Shown here: piece after piece, positions 47,696 to 57,032 of the stretch
Layout: the number at the start of each line of letters is the position of its first letter
Position numbering within the stretch: the first letter of the stretch is position 1
Source of the DNA: Candidatus Melainabacteria bacterium 17Bon1m
Lineage (GTDB): Bacteria; Cyanobacteriota; Vampirovibrionia; Obscuribacterales; Obscuribacteraceae
NCBI GenBank assembly: GCA_032128875.1
Contig: JAVLKG010000001.1
Location: forward strand, 352,001-416,000
DNA length: 64,000 nucleotides
Reading direction: 5' to 3'
Position numbers and translations under genes: made by a program
The notes under the pieces: model-generated
Told to the model about the DNA's origin: nothing
Databases searched by the model: none
Seen by the model: only the letters and a program-made list of their open reading frames with translations

Positions 47696-48801
47696 AAAGA
47701 ATTCTGGCTCAGTGTATGAAAGAACTCGCGCAATTCCGGCGCGATCGCCTCACTCTAGCGTTGGCATTTTTCTTGCCGCTGGTGGCGCTTTTGTTGTACG
47801 GATATGCTACGAGGCTGGAAGCGAAAGACATTCCGGTTGCAGTGAAAAATTTCGATAACAGTGCGCTCAGCCGCGACTATCTCGATGCGTTGTTCAATAA
47901 TGGGCAATTAAAGCTTGTTCGCTGGGCGCCTGGTGATGCGATGCGGCAACTTGACCTTGGCGATGCAAAGGCTGCTATCGTTATTCCCCCTGAATTTTCT
48001 CGCAAGATCCGACAGAACATCGCTGCTGATATTCAAGTGCTCGTGGATGGCACCGACGTGAATAACGCCCGCGTTGTGAAGAATAGTATTCTTGCCACCA
48101 CGCAATATTTTGTCCGCTCGCACAAACTAAATCCACCGAATGACAAATCGCTGCTCAAGACTGATGTTCGCTTATGGTTTAATCCGGGCAGAAAAGAGGC
48201 TCTCTATGTCGCACCGGGGGCAGTGGCGATCAACCTTTGGATTTTCCCCTGCCTGCTGGCAGCACTGGCGATGGCACGCGAGCGAGAGTATGGCACGATG
48301 ATGCAGCTCTATACTTCTTCGATTACGTCTTTCCAGCTTGTTGCAGGCAAAGCTCTTGCTTATTGGTTGGTCGGTATGATTCAAGCGGCGATGATGCTGG
48401 CGTTGGCTATTACACTTTTCGGAATTCGCCTGGTTGGAAATGTACCGGTCTACCTGGTGTCACTTTCTGTGTTCATTTTTAGCTCTGTTTTGTTCGGACT
48501 TCTGATGGGGGCTCGCGCGCAGACCCAGAGTGCGGCAGTTCAGATGGTGGCAACTGCAGGTTTTACCACTGCGTTGCTGTTGTCCGGGTTCATTTATCCG
48601 GTGAGAAATATTACCTGGCCACTTTCACTCATATCGTATGTGGTGCCGGCTCGCTACTTCGTGGAGGCCTCTAGAAATGCTTTTGTCCGCGGCAGTGATG
48701 CGCTTAGCCAAATTCAGATTCCTATTTACCTGACGCTCTGCGCGGTGGCCTTTTACTTGATCGCCAGCAGAGTATTGCGCAAGATGCAGATGGACGCATA
48801 A
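47692..48801 (+). CDS. ybhS: ABC-2 permease (YbhS-like)
   Basis: KELAQFRRDR, VDGTD, WFNP, AREREYGT, LLSGFIYP. Confidence 0.88.
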   Translation: MKRILAQCMKELAQFRRDRLTLALAFFLPLVALLLYGYATRLEAKDIPVAVKNFDNSALSRDYLDALFNNGQLKLVRWAPGDAMRQLDLGDAKAAIVIPPEFSRKIRQNIAADIQVLVDGTDVNNARVVKNSILATTQYFVRSHKLNPPNDKSLLKTDVRLWFNPGRKEALYVAPGAVAINLWIFPCLLAALAMAREREYGTMMQLYTSSITSFQLVAGKALAYWLVGMIQAAMMLALAITLFGIRLVGNVPVYLVSLSVFIFSSVLFGLLMGARAQTQSAAVQMVATAGFTTALLLSGFIYPVRNITWPLSLISYVVPARYFVEASRNAFVRGSDALSQIQIPIYLTLCAVAFYLIASRVLRKMQMDA

Positions 48802-48803
48802 TC

Positions 48804-49934
48804 ATGCCTATTGGACCACTAGTTAAAACTACACGGCTGGGTGCTCTTGCGCGCAAAGAAATGCGTCAAATCATGCGCGACAAGCAGCTTATCTTCATAC
48901 TTTTCATGATGCCGCTTATTCAACTATGTATATATGGATATGCGCTTAGTCCGGACGTCAACCATTTGAGAATGGGCGTTGTCGATCATTCTTCGTCGCT
49001 GATCAGTAGAGGATTTATCTCAGCATTAGTTGAAAATGGTGTGTTCGATGTTCTTGACTCAGGCGGAGACGAGAAGACTTTAGGAGCTAAGGTGCGCGGC
49101 GGTAAGTTGGATGTTGGTGTGGTCATTCCTCCTGAATTGGAGCGCAATTACAAGTCTAATAAAGTCACTAATATTCAGGTTTTGCTCGATGGGGTGGATG
49201 CGAATACTGCCGGCATTGCCATGGCATACATAGGGCAGATTGTGATGACTTACGATCGTTTGATTCGAACCGGCTCGCAATTTCCCAACCAGCGAGCTGC
49301 GCCGCAAGTGAGTTTTGTCTACAATCAGGGACTCGTGAGCAACTGGTTTTTCGTACCAGGTGTTATTGCGTTAGTCTTAAATCTGGTTAGCACTCTGGTA
49401 TCAAGTGCAGCAGTCGTCCGTGAAAAGGACTCAGGAACACTCGAACAGTTGCTGATGACACCGGTCAGCTCATTTCAAATCCTGACGGCAAAGATTATCC
49501 CGCTTGCCGTTTTACTACTCATCAATGTTTCTGTCAGCCTGACCCTGAGCACATTCCTCTTTCATGTTCCATTCCGTGGCAATTTGTTTGTTTTCTTCGC
49601 AGTATCACTGCTCTACATAATTGTCGGAATCTCAATTGGGATTTTTCTTGCTGCCGTTAGTGAGAATCAGCGCCAGACGCTTCTAACCTCATTTTTCGTC
49701 AACCTTCCGGTTATTCAGCTTTCCGGTGCGATCTCACCTTTGGAGAGCATGCCACCCTTTTTCCAATGGCTTTCGTTGCTTGATCCGCTGAGATACTACT
49801 GCAGTTGTGTACGCGCAATACTGCTCAAAGGTGCAGGCTTCGAGTCCATATGGCGTGATGTTTTAGCGCTGGCGATCTTTGCTGTTGCACTGCTATGGAT
49901 GAGTTCCACGCGTTTTAGAGAACAGCTCAAATAG
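48804..49934 (+). CDS. ybhR: ABC-2 permease (YbhR-like)
   Basis: DGVDANTA, VVREKDSGTLEQLLMTP, PLESMP. Confidence 0.88.
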   Translation: MPIGPLVKTTRLGALARKEMRQIMRDKQLIFILFMMPLIQLCIYGYALSPDVNHLRMGVVDHSSSLISRGFISALVENGVFDVLDSGGDEKTLGAKVRGGKLDVGVVIPPELERNYKSNKVTNIQVLLDGVDANTAGIAMAYIGQIVMTYDRLIRTGSQFPNQRAAPQVSFVYNQGLVSNWFFVPGVIALVLNLVSTLVSSAAVVREKDSGTLEQLLMTPVSSFQILTAKIIPLAVLLLINVSVSLTLSTFLFHVPFRGNLFVFFAVSLLYIIVGISIGIFLAAVSENQRQTLLTSFFVNLPVIQLSGAISPLESMPPFFQWLSLLDPLRYYCSCVRAILLKGAGFESIWRDVLALAIFAVALLWMSSTRFREQLK

Positions 49935-49943
49935 CGCAACGCT

Positions 49944-50261
49944 CTACAGTTCGTTGAGAGTTTTCTGCAGATCGATCAAGTGATTGTTGAATATCTCTTT
50001 TGCTACGTCCAACAAACGAAAGACAGTTGGATCGCTGCATGAATAGTAAATGTTGTTGCCTTGCTTTCGCGATACGACCAAATTCTTCGAGCGAAGCACG
50101 GCCAGCTGCTGCGAGATATTCGGCAGTTCTACATCCAAACGGTCGCGAATCTCAGAGACTGTTAATTCCTCTGTTCTGAGTTCATCAAGGATTCTTATGC
50201 GCAGCGGATTTGCAAGCGCTTTGAAAAACTCTGCTTTGAAGTTGACGAGTTTGTCTGGCAT
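49944..50261 (-). CDS. ArsR/SmtB family regulator
   Basis: FKAEFFKALANPLRIRILDELR..NISQQLAVLR; start moved to MPDKLV. Confidence 0.92.
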   Translation of the reverse strand: MPDKLVNFKAEFFKALANPLRIRILDELRTEELTVSEIRDRLDVELPNISQQLAVLRSKNLVVSRKQGNNIYYSCSDPTVFRLLDVAKEIFNNHLIDLQKTLNEL

Positions 50262-50556
50262 GGGTCGTTTTCTGGATCTGGAGCTTGTCGTTATCAATAG
50301 TATTCTAGTCCCATGCTTGAAGTAAACGGGCAAATCATCCTGGCGTCCTTTGGCTGCCAAGGTCTGCGCTTTTGCGCTCTGGCTCTAAATTGTCGGGTCA
50401 CCTGTAAGAATCACATAAGGAGCGGTGGGGTTAGGGTTTGTACCGCTCCAAATGTGTTCTTTGGAACTCCCATCAAGCTATTATCAAGATTTACATCTTT
50501 TGAAACCAAGTTGAAAGCAAAGCTTATATGCGTCACCGTCCCGGGTTCCTTTTGCT

Positions 50557-51198
50557 CTAGGGAAGATTTTTAATTAGCTCCGTTGGTACCTTTGAGTCTT
50601 GTGGTAAATTCTTCGCTTCTTCGGCATACCACTTAGGAATGTACAGTCTGCTGTCGTGTAAGCAGACGAATAAAGGAGCAACGGTCAACTTGCGAAAGAC
50701 ATTAGTGAGGCGGATGTACTCTGCCTGCAAAGCATCTAGCTCATCATTGATAGCATGACGGCTAGCTTGTTTTGAAACATATTCTTCGGCAATTTCTGGA
50801 TCCCATCCCTGGTCGATAAAAGCTTGCACTACGGATGGTGCTTTCTCGTAAACCTTGGACATCCCACAATCGTTATGTCCGATCATTATCAAATATTTGA
50901 CGCCTTGTGACAGCGTATATCCGACGCTGAATTCTGAGCCGATTACTCTGCCACTGGCGCGCCGAATAACATATGCGTACATTCGTGGAACAGGAAGCGC
51001 ATAGCGAAACTCGATGCATGTAGCGATCAACAGTTCTACTTTTCCTGTAGATACAATTGGCCATCCAAAATTTTGCGCCATGATGAATGATTCAATTGGA
51101 GTATCTCTCCATGCCTCGGGAATCTCCTCGCGCGACTTAACTTCAATCAAAGACTCTTTGTATTTGTCGTCTGATCGTACTGGAGGAGGAATATTCAT
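50557..51198 (-). CDS. beta-carbonic anhydrase-like protein (CxExR variant)
   Basis: IATCIEFR and IGHNDCG give Cys/His/Cys Zn ligands; start at MNIPPP. Confidence 0.8.
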   Translation of the reverse strand: MNIPPPVRSDDKYKESLIEVKSREEIPEAWRDTPIESFIMAQNFGWPIVSTGKVELLIATCIEFRYALPVPRMYAYVIRRASGRVIGSEFSVGYTLSQGVKYLIMIGHNDCGMSKVYEKAPSVVQAFIDQGWDPEIAEEYVSKQASRHAINDELDALQAEYIRLTNVFRKLTVAPLFVCLHDSRLYIPKWYAEEAKNLPQDSKVPTELIKNLP

Positions 51199-51232
51199 TT
51201 GCGTTTCCAAAGTGGTGTGGTGTGGGTGAGCG

Positions 51233-51853
51233 TTAGTGGCATTCGTCGTCCGGAAATACCCAGAAGCTCTCGGTCTGCGGATCGTATGTTGCGTTTTCCA
51301 TGGTGTCATCATGGTTGATCCATGCATGAAATTTGAGATTGCCTTCCTGCGCTGCTTTCGATATTTTAGGCAGTTTCAGAAGTTCTGAAAGTTCTCTGAG
51401 AACAAAATCTTCAACTGCACGTTGAAAGACGTGTTTGTCGAATTTGTCTCCAAATCTTTCTTTTATGGCATTCCTTGTGCCAGACACTCTGCGAATCACT
51501 TCGTTATATATGTTTGTCGAAGGCCCGTCCGCCGATGGGTCGCTGCGCAAACCAACTTCAATGATTTCGCAGCCGTAGTGCCCATATACGATGACGTCGC
51601 TTATCTGTTTGCTGGCGACAAGGTCTTCGAGCCCTCCGCAGTCGTCAACGCAACCACCGAGGTTTTGCCAGGTGAAGATTGGTAATTTTGGATCTGCTGG
51701 AAATACTGAATTGATGTTGCACATCTCGGAGCAGCAGATTACCGCCACGCCGGTGGAAGTGCCGCCGGTAAGCCTTTTATTGATTTGCGACCGAGAAGTC
51801 GGTTCGATTAGGCGGATCGAAGTTTCGTCAAGAATGCCGGCTAACGTTTTCAT
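51233..51853 (-). CDS. divergent beta-carbonic anhydrase-like protein
   Basis: VICCSEMC, FTWQNLGG, IVYGHYGC, LKFHAW; Asp-Arg dyad absent; start at MKTLAG behind AGGTG. Confidence 0.75.
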   Translation of the reverse strand: MKTLAGILDETSIRLIEPTSRSQINKRLTGGTSTGVAVICCSEMCNINSVFPADPKLPIFTWQNLGGCVDDCGGLEDLVASKQISDVIVYGHYGCEIIEVGLRSDPSADGPSTNIYNEVIRRVSGTRNAIKERFGDKFDKHVFQRAVEDFVLRELSELLKLPKISKAAQEGNLKFHAWINHDDTMENATYDPQTESFWVFPDDECH

Positions 51854-51913
51854 ATCGACTGAACACCTATGGCGCACGGATACGGTTGTTTGGAATTGTA
51901 ACACTATTAGAGC

Positions 51914-51933
51914 AATTGCGCAATTACGCAAGT
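51914..51933. promoter_or_regulatory. palindromic operator candidate in divergent CA/Ehr promoter
   Basis: TTGCG-caatta-CGCAA, overlapping AATTGCGCAATT. Confidence 0.5.
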
Positions 51934-51981
51934 AGTTTAATACATAATGTTACTAGGCAGGACTTTCGCGGCAGTCTTTGA

Positions 51982-53952
51982 ATGAATTCGCAGGTTGTGT
52001 TTCTGGAGTCATTGTTTCTACTGGTGTCAGCAGCAGTTGCTGCATTTGCTCTTAGTCACAAGAGCCAAGTTTCCGACAAAGCCATGTCATATCTCCTTTG
52101 TGCAATCGCTTCATTCGCGATTGCCGTTTCGTTTTTAGGCGGCGGTCAGATAGTCAGCTATGAAACGAGCGCGCCATTAATGCTCGGCGTGTTTCCCCTG
52201 ACGTTTTTGCTGGACGGGCTGAGCCGATTTTTTGTGGCAATCCTGAGCGCCATCCTCTTTGCCATCGGGCTATTCTCGCCGGGCTATCTTTCGCACTTAA
52301 AAGGAAAGATCTCAGGCGGGCAATATTGGATCGCATTCTTTCTGCTCGCACTTTCGATGTTCGGAGTTGTGTTGAGTGCTGATGCCATCACTTTCATCGT
52401 GATGTGGGAAATTATGTCGCTTTCCTCCGCTGCGCTTGTTGCTAGTGATCACACGCATCAATCAGTGCAGAAAGCTGCTCTAATTTATTTAGGCGCCACT
52501 CGAACAGCTAGTGGCTTGCTGTGCGGCGGCTTTCTATGGATGCACTCTTTGACTGGAAGTTGGAATTTCGCTTCCTGGAATTTCGCGCAGCCTCATGCAA
52601 TTTTTCCTGCCCTGCTTATATTGCTCGGATTTTGTATCAAAGCCGGCGTCTGGCCGTTTCACATCTGGTTGCCTTATACGTACCCTGCTGCACCAGCCAC
52701 CGTGTCTGCCGCGATGAGCGGTTTTTTGGTCAAGCTTCCTATATATGGATTGATTCGAATTCTGATTCAAGGTGGCTTGTCTTCGCCTGAGATTATCAAT
52801 CTTATGTTTGTCTTGGGCGCGATTTCTTCTTTCTGGGGAGTGTTGTTCGCTCTTGTTCAAAACGATTTGAAACGCCTTCTAGCCTATTCGAGTATTGAAA
52901 ACATCGGTCTTATTCTTCTTTCTTTGGCTATTTCTCTAAAAGCCCGCGCTGCCAACTTGCCCTTAATCGCTGACGTGGCGATGGTGGCAGCAATCTTTCA
53001 TTGCCTCAATCATGGCGCAATCAAGTCACTATTATTCCTGTCTGCTGGTGCTGTGGATGCGATGGCGCATTCACGCGATCTCCATCGGTTGGGCGGTTTG
53101 GCGAAGCGGATGCCTTGGACCATGGCGTGTTTTTTCATCGGCGCCTTTTCAATCTGTTCTATTCCGCCTATGAATGGCTTCGCAAGCAAATGGTTGCTCT
53201 ATCAAAGCTTGTTCAAAAGCACCCTACTTTTTGGCTCTTACCTTGATCGCGGTTTGTTTCTCACGGCGATTTGCCTTTTGTCAGCAGTCGGCGCGCTGGC
53301 TATTGCAGTTTTTGTCAAGGCGATGGGTGTCGTCTTCCTTGGCATGAGCAGAAGCCATGCCGCAGAACATGCTGTAGAAGCTAGTCCCGGCATGCTTTGC
53401 GCTCAGGTTCTGCTGGCTGCATGTTGTGCAGGTCTGGGCGTCTTTGCGCCTAACCTGGTCAGTCAAATTACAAAGATCGCATCCTCTTCGACGCGACCAA
53501 TTACCACTGCTCCGATTGATTTCGCGCTGCCAATTCCATTGCTTGCTGGGACATTGTTTGCAACGGGATTGGTTATCTACGTTGTTTTTTTGCAGAGTTC
53601 TAAAGTCCGAACTTTCAAAACGTGGGATTGTGGTTTTGGACCACTAACTCCAAAAACCCAGGCATCGTCTGATTCTTTCGCACAACCGTTGGCTCGCATT
53701 TTTCGCCCGTTTTTGAAATACGAAACGAACGCCACGATATCCGGGCGCGATCGTCGCCATTTCCCAGAACAAATAAATGTCGAAGTAAAAATCGTTTCGA
53801 TACTAGAATCACGCGTTTATTTGCCTTGTCTAGCGGTGATCAGTTATCTCGCAAGAGGACTGGCAAAATTGCAAGCAGGAAGCATTCATCTTTATCTTGT
53901 GTATGTCTGCTCGACACTCATAATCCTTTTGGCACTAGGGACTATTCTATGA
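51982..53952 (+). CDS. hyfB: Ehr/hydrogenase-4 antiporter-like membrane subunit (HyfB-like)
   Basis: WEIMSLSS, KAGVWPFHIWLP, LKRLLAYSSIEN, PPMNGFASKW, WDCGF. Confidence 0.9.
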   Translation: MNSQVVFLESLFLLVSAAVAAFALSHKSQVSDKAMSYLLCAIASFAIAVSFLGGGQIVSYETSAPLMLGVFPLTFLLDGLSRFFVAILSAILFAIGLFSPGYLSHLKGKISGGQYWIAFFLLALSMFGVVLSADAITFIVMWEIMSLSSAALVASDHTHQSVQKAALIYLGATRTASGLLCGGFLWMHSLTGSWNFASWNFAQPHAIFPALLILLGFCIKAGVWPFHIWLPYTYPAAPATVSAAMSGFLVKLPIYGLIRILIQGGLSSPEIINLMFVLGAISSFWGVLFALVQNDLKRLLAYSSIENIGLILLSLAISLKARAANLPLIADVAMVAAIFHCLNHGAIKSLLFLSAGAVDAMAHSRDLHRLGGLAKRMPWTMACFFIGAFSICSIPPMNGFASKWLLYQSLFKSTLLFGSYLDRGLFLTAICLLSAVGALAIAVFVKAMGVVFLGMSRSHAAEHAVEASPGMLCAQVLLAACCAGLGVFAPNLVSQITKIASSSTRPITTAPIDFALPIPLLAGTLFATGLVIYVVFLQSSKVRTFKTWDCGFGPLTPKTQASSDSFAQPLARIFRPFLKYETNATISGRDRRHFPEQINVEVKIVSILESRVYLPCLAVISYLARGLAKLQAGSIHLYLVYVCSTLIILLALGTIL

Positions 53953-54950
53953 ATGACATAAGCACTCATGTTCTTAGAAGCTGCTCTCATTGGATTCTCT
54001 TTGTCTCAAGCATAGTAATACTCCCACCTGTGTGCTTAACACTCATCAGAAAAACCAAGGCTCGCCTGCAAAGTCGAGTTGGTCCGCCGCTTCTTCAGCC
54101 TTTTTACGATTTGATCAAACTTTACCGCAAAAGTGAAACCGTCAGTTCTACGATGTCTGGAGTGTTCAGACTTGCTTCTGTCGCCGGGCTTGCCACCATC
54201 ATTTTGCTTGCCTGGCTGACTCCGTGGCTGTCGTACAAGCCTTGGAGCCCCAGCGCCGATTTATTCCTCATTATTTATCTCTTTGCTCTGGCGCGTGTGT
54301 TCTCTCTTTTAGGCGCGCTGGATTCAGGCTCTGCGTTTGGCGCTTTCGGCGCAAGCAGAGAAGTAACTCTCGGGCTCCTTGTCGAGCCGGCGTTGATGCT
54401 TGGTCTTGTTGCTCTGGGTTTGTTTTGCGGAAGCAGTGACCTGCGAATGATTTTTTCGTACCCTCATGCGATTGGCGTTGGAGCCGCAGCGGTTACTGGT
54501 GCCGCATCTGGTGCCGGAGCCGCCGGCATTTGGCTGCTGGTTGGAATTGCGATTTTGCTGGCGAGCTTAATAGAGCTCTCTCGGATGCCTGTGGACGATC
54601 CAACTACGCACCTCGAGTTGACGATGGTTCATGAGGCCATGGTGCTCGAAGCATCTGGGCGCAATCTGGCGTTAATTGAGTTTGCCCATGCCCTTAGAAT
54701 GAGCATCTTCTTCGGTTTGTCGGCTCAGTGCTTCGTCCATGCACTGGCTTCTGTTTGTCACATCAATACATTGACTCAAGGAATTCTGAGCGTTGTTGGC
54801 ATATGTGGCATCGCAATTTTTGTTGGGGTGCTGGAAAGTCTCGCGGTCAAATTGCAGTGGCGGAAAGTTCCTGAATTCGTCGCTTATGTCGTCTCGATGA
54901 GCCTCCTTGCAGCTTTTGTCGCAGCCGGAAGTGGAGGCATCAAATTATGA
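53949..54950 (+). CDS. hyfC: NuoH-like membrane subunit (HyfC/HycD-like)
   Basis: RVGPPLLQPFYDLIKL, RMPVDDPTTHLELTMVHEAMVLE; ATGA overlap with hyfB. Confidence 0.9.
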   Translation: MNDISTHVLRSCSHWILFVSSIVILPPVCLTLIRKTKARLQSRVGPPLLQPFYDLIKLYRKSETVSSTMSGVFRLASVAGLATIILLAWLTPWLSYKPWSPSADLFLIIYLFALARVFSLLGALDSGSAFGAFGASREVTLGLLVEPALMLGLVALGLFCGSSDLRMIFSYPHAIGVGAAAVTGAASGAGAAGIWLLVGIAILLASLIELSRMPVDDPTTHLELTMVHEAMVLEASGRNLALIEFAHALRMSIFFGLSAQCFVHALASVCHINTLTQGILSVVGICGIAIFVGVLESLAVKLQWRKVPEFVAYVVSMSLLAAFVAAGSGGIKL

Positions 54951-55594
54951 TTTCTGCGATCAACCTTTGTGTTCTTTGCGCAGCGGTGCTTGCCTGCCTG
55001 ATGGTCGGGTCTTTGCACTTGAGGCTCAATCTATTTCTGTACGGGGTAGAAACGCTCTTTATCGCAGCTGCAACAGTTCTCACTGCCAATGCCCATGGGG
55101 ACGCGAGCCTGATCTGCATTGCGATGATGATTGGAACTTTGAAAGCTTTAGGAGTTCCTTTTTTCCTGCTCAAAACCAGCGAGAAGCTGAATGTTCATCG
55201 CGATGTCGGTGCGATGATTACGCCACCGTTGGCAATGCATTTGTCTATTGTTCTTTTCGCTTTGAGTTTTGTTTTGACTCAAAATATTCCCACACCGCAG
55301 TTGGTGGTCAACGGCTGGTATGGAGCTGCTGCAGGTATTTCGCTTCTTTTCACCGGTCTTGTCATTATGCTGACCAGGAGATTGGCTATCGGGCAGATTC
55401 TCGGTTTTCTCGTAATTGAAAACGGTATCTATGTGTTTGCGCTCACCCAGACGCTCGGTATGCCAATGCTCGTCGAAATGGGAATTTTGCTGGACATGCT
55501 CGTTGGCGTTATGGTGTGTGGGGTTTTGGTGTTCAAAATTCAAAAGAGTTTTGAACACATCGATGTCGCACTTCTTACTGATTTGAAGGAGTGA
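54947..55594 (+). CDS. hyfE: HyfE-like membrane subunit
   Basis: QILGFLVIENGI, MPMLVEMGILLD. Confidence 0.9.
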   Translation: MISAINLCVLCAAVLACLMVGSLHLRLNLFLYGVETLFIAAATVLTANAHGDASLICIAMMIGTLKALGVPFFLLKTSEKLNVHRDVGAMITPPLAMHLSIVLFALSFVLTQNIPTPQLVVNGWYGAAAGISLLFTGLVIMLTRRLAIGQILGFLVIENGIYVFALTQTLGMPMLVEMGILLDMLVGVMVCGVLVFKIQKSFEHIDVALLTDLKE

Positions 55595-55595
55595 G

Positions 55596-57032
55596 ATGGA
55601 GCTTTTCTTCACCCTTTGTGCTTTACCTGTATTTGGTGCCATCTGGGCAGCGAAGTGCCGGCACCTTGAAAAAGTGCGTAGCTCCGTCACCTTGCTCATC
55701 TGGCTTCAGGTTATTGCTACCGCAATTTTGATTGGACCGCTTCTGCGCGGTGATGCTTCGCTGCTTAGATTCACAGCCGACTTTGCTCTGGATAGAAGTG
55801 CTGCTTGCTTTTTGTTGTTGACCAATTTTGTCGCAGCTTGCTCGCTTACTCATGCTCCTACTTTCTTTCGCAATGAGAGTGTGATTGCAGGCAAAATTAT
55901 TCCGCCGTTGCACGAACGCTTTTTCTATGTGTCTTCTCTGCTTTTCGTTCTTGCTATGAATTTTGTCTTTATGGCGGACAATCTCGGACTCCTCTGGGTG
56001 AGCATTGAGGCTACAACCATTTTCTCTGCTGGGCTTGTCTATTTTTCGCGAGACAAACATGCATTGGAGGCGACTTGGAAATACTTGATGGTATGCAGCG
56101 TCGGCATCGCATTTGCATTGTTGGGAACGATTTTGATCTTCGCATCGAGCCAGCATGGTGCCATTGATGGCGGGTCGTTAAACGTAAGAATGTTGATTGG
56201 CTGTGCGGGGCGCCTCGAGCCAAAACTATTAGAGCTCGGCTATATCTTTTGCTTGCTGGGCTACGGCACCAAAGCCGGCATTTTCCCTCTCCACACGTGG
56301 CTGCCCGACGCGCATTCTGAAGCGCCTGCTCCTGCATCTGCCATGCTGTCCGGGGCACTTCTCAACTGTGCGCTCTTCGCGATTTGGCGTGTTACAGAAC
56401 TAGTAAAACTTACAGAGCATCACGCTATTTGCGAATCAATTCCTATTTTCTGGGGCGCGCTCACGGCATTGGCCGCGGGGTTATTTCTTGTGCACCAGTA
56501 TGGTATCAAGAGGCTTTGGGCGTATTCGAGCATTGAAAATGTCGGAATAATGCTGGTTGCGATTGGGCTTGGATCGCCCATGCTATTTTTTCTCCAAGCG
56601 CTTAATCACAGTATTGCAAAGGTCGCCTTATTTCTTCTGTCGGGAAATATAATTCAATATTTTGGCACCAAAGATCTCAGCAAGATACGCGGACTATTAA
56701 AAGTCAGTCCGACATGCGGCATTCTCTTGGCGGTCTGCGCTGCAGCTGTTACGGGCATGCCTCCCTTTGGTGCTTTCATTGCAGAGTGGTTGATTCTTGC
56801 AAAATCTGCTGATGCGATGCAAGGAATCTCTGTCGCTATTCTGCTCATCGCTCTTGCGATTAGCTTTGTCGCTGTCAGTATTCACGTCTCTCGAATTCTC
56901 TGGGGCTCTGCAAAGCCGGAATTGACTCAATCGAGATCAATCTCTCGATACCTCATTCCTTCGATTCTTGGAATTTGTACCATTGTGCTCGGTTTGACGG
57001 CAGTTCCTTTGATTTTGGTAAAACCTCTATGA
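55596..57032 (+). CDS. hyfF: HyfF-like antiporter-like subunit
   Basis: WVSIEATT, ALEATWKY, GYGTKAGIFPLHTWLPDAHSEAP. Confidence 0.92.
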   Translation: MELFFTLCALPVFGAIWAAKCRHLEKVRSSVTLLIWLQVIATAILIGPLLRGDASLLRFTADFALDRSAACFLLLTNFVAACSLTHAPTFFRNESVIAGKIIPPLHERFFYVSSLLFVLAMNFVFMADNLGLLWVSIEATTIFSAGLVYFSRDKHALEATWKYLMVCSVGIAFALLGTILIFASSQHGAIDGGSLNVRMLIGCAGRLEPKLLELGYIFCLLGYGTKAGIFPLHTWLPDAHSEAPAPASAMLSGALLNCALFAIWRVTELVKLTEHHAICESIPIFWGALTALAAGLFLVHQYGIKRLWAYSSIENVGIMLVAIGLGSPMLFFLQALNHSIAKVALFLLSGNIIQYFGTKDLSKIRGLLKVSPTCGILLAVCAAAVTGMPPFGAFIAEWLILAKSADAMQGISVAILLIALAISFVAVSIHVSRILWGSAKPELTQSRSISRYLIPSILGICTIVLGLTAVPLILVKPL

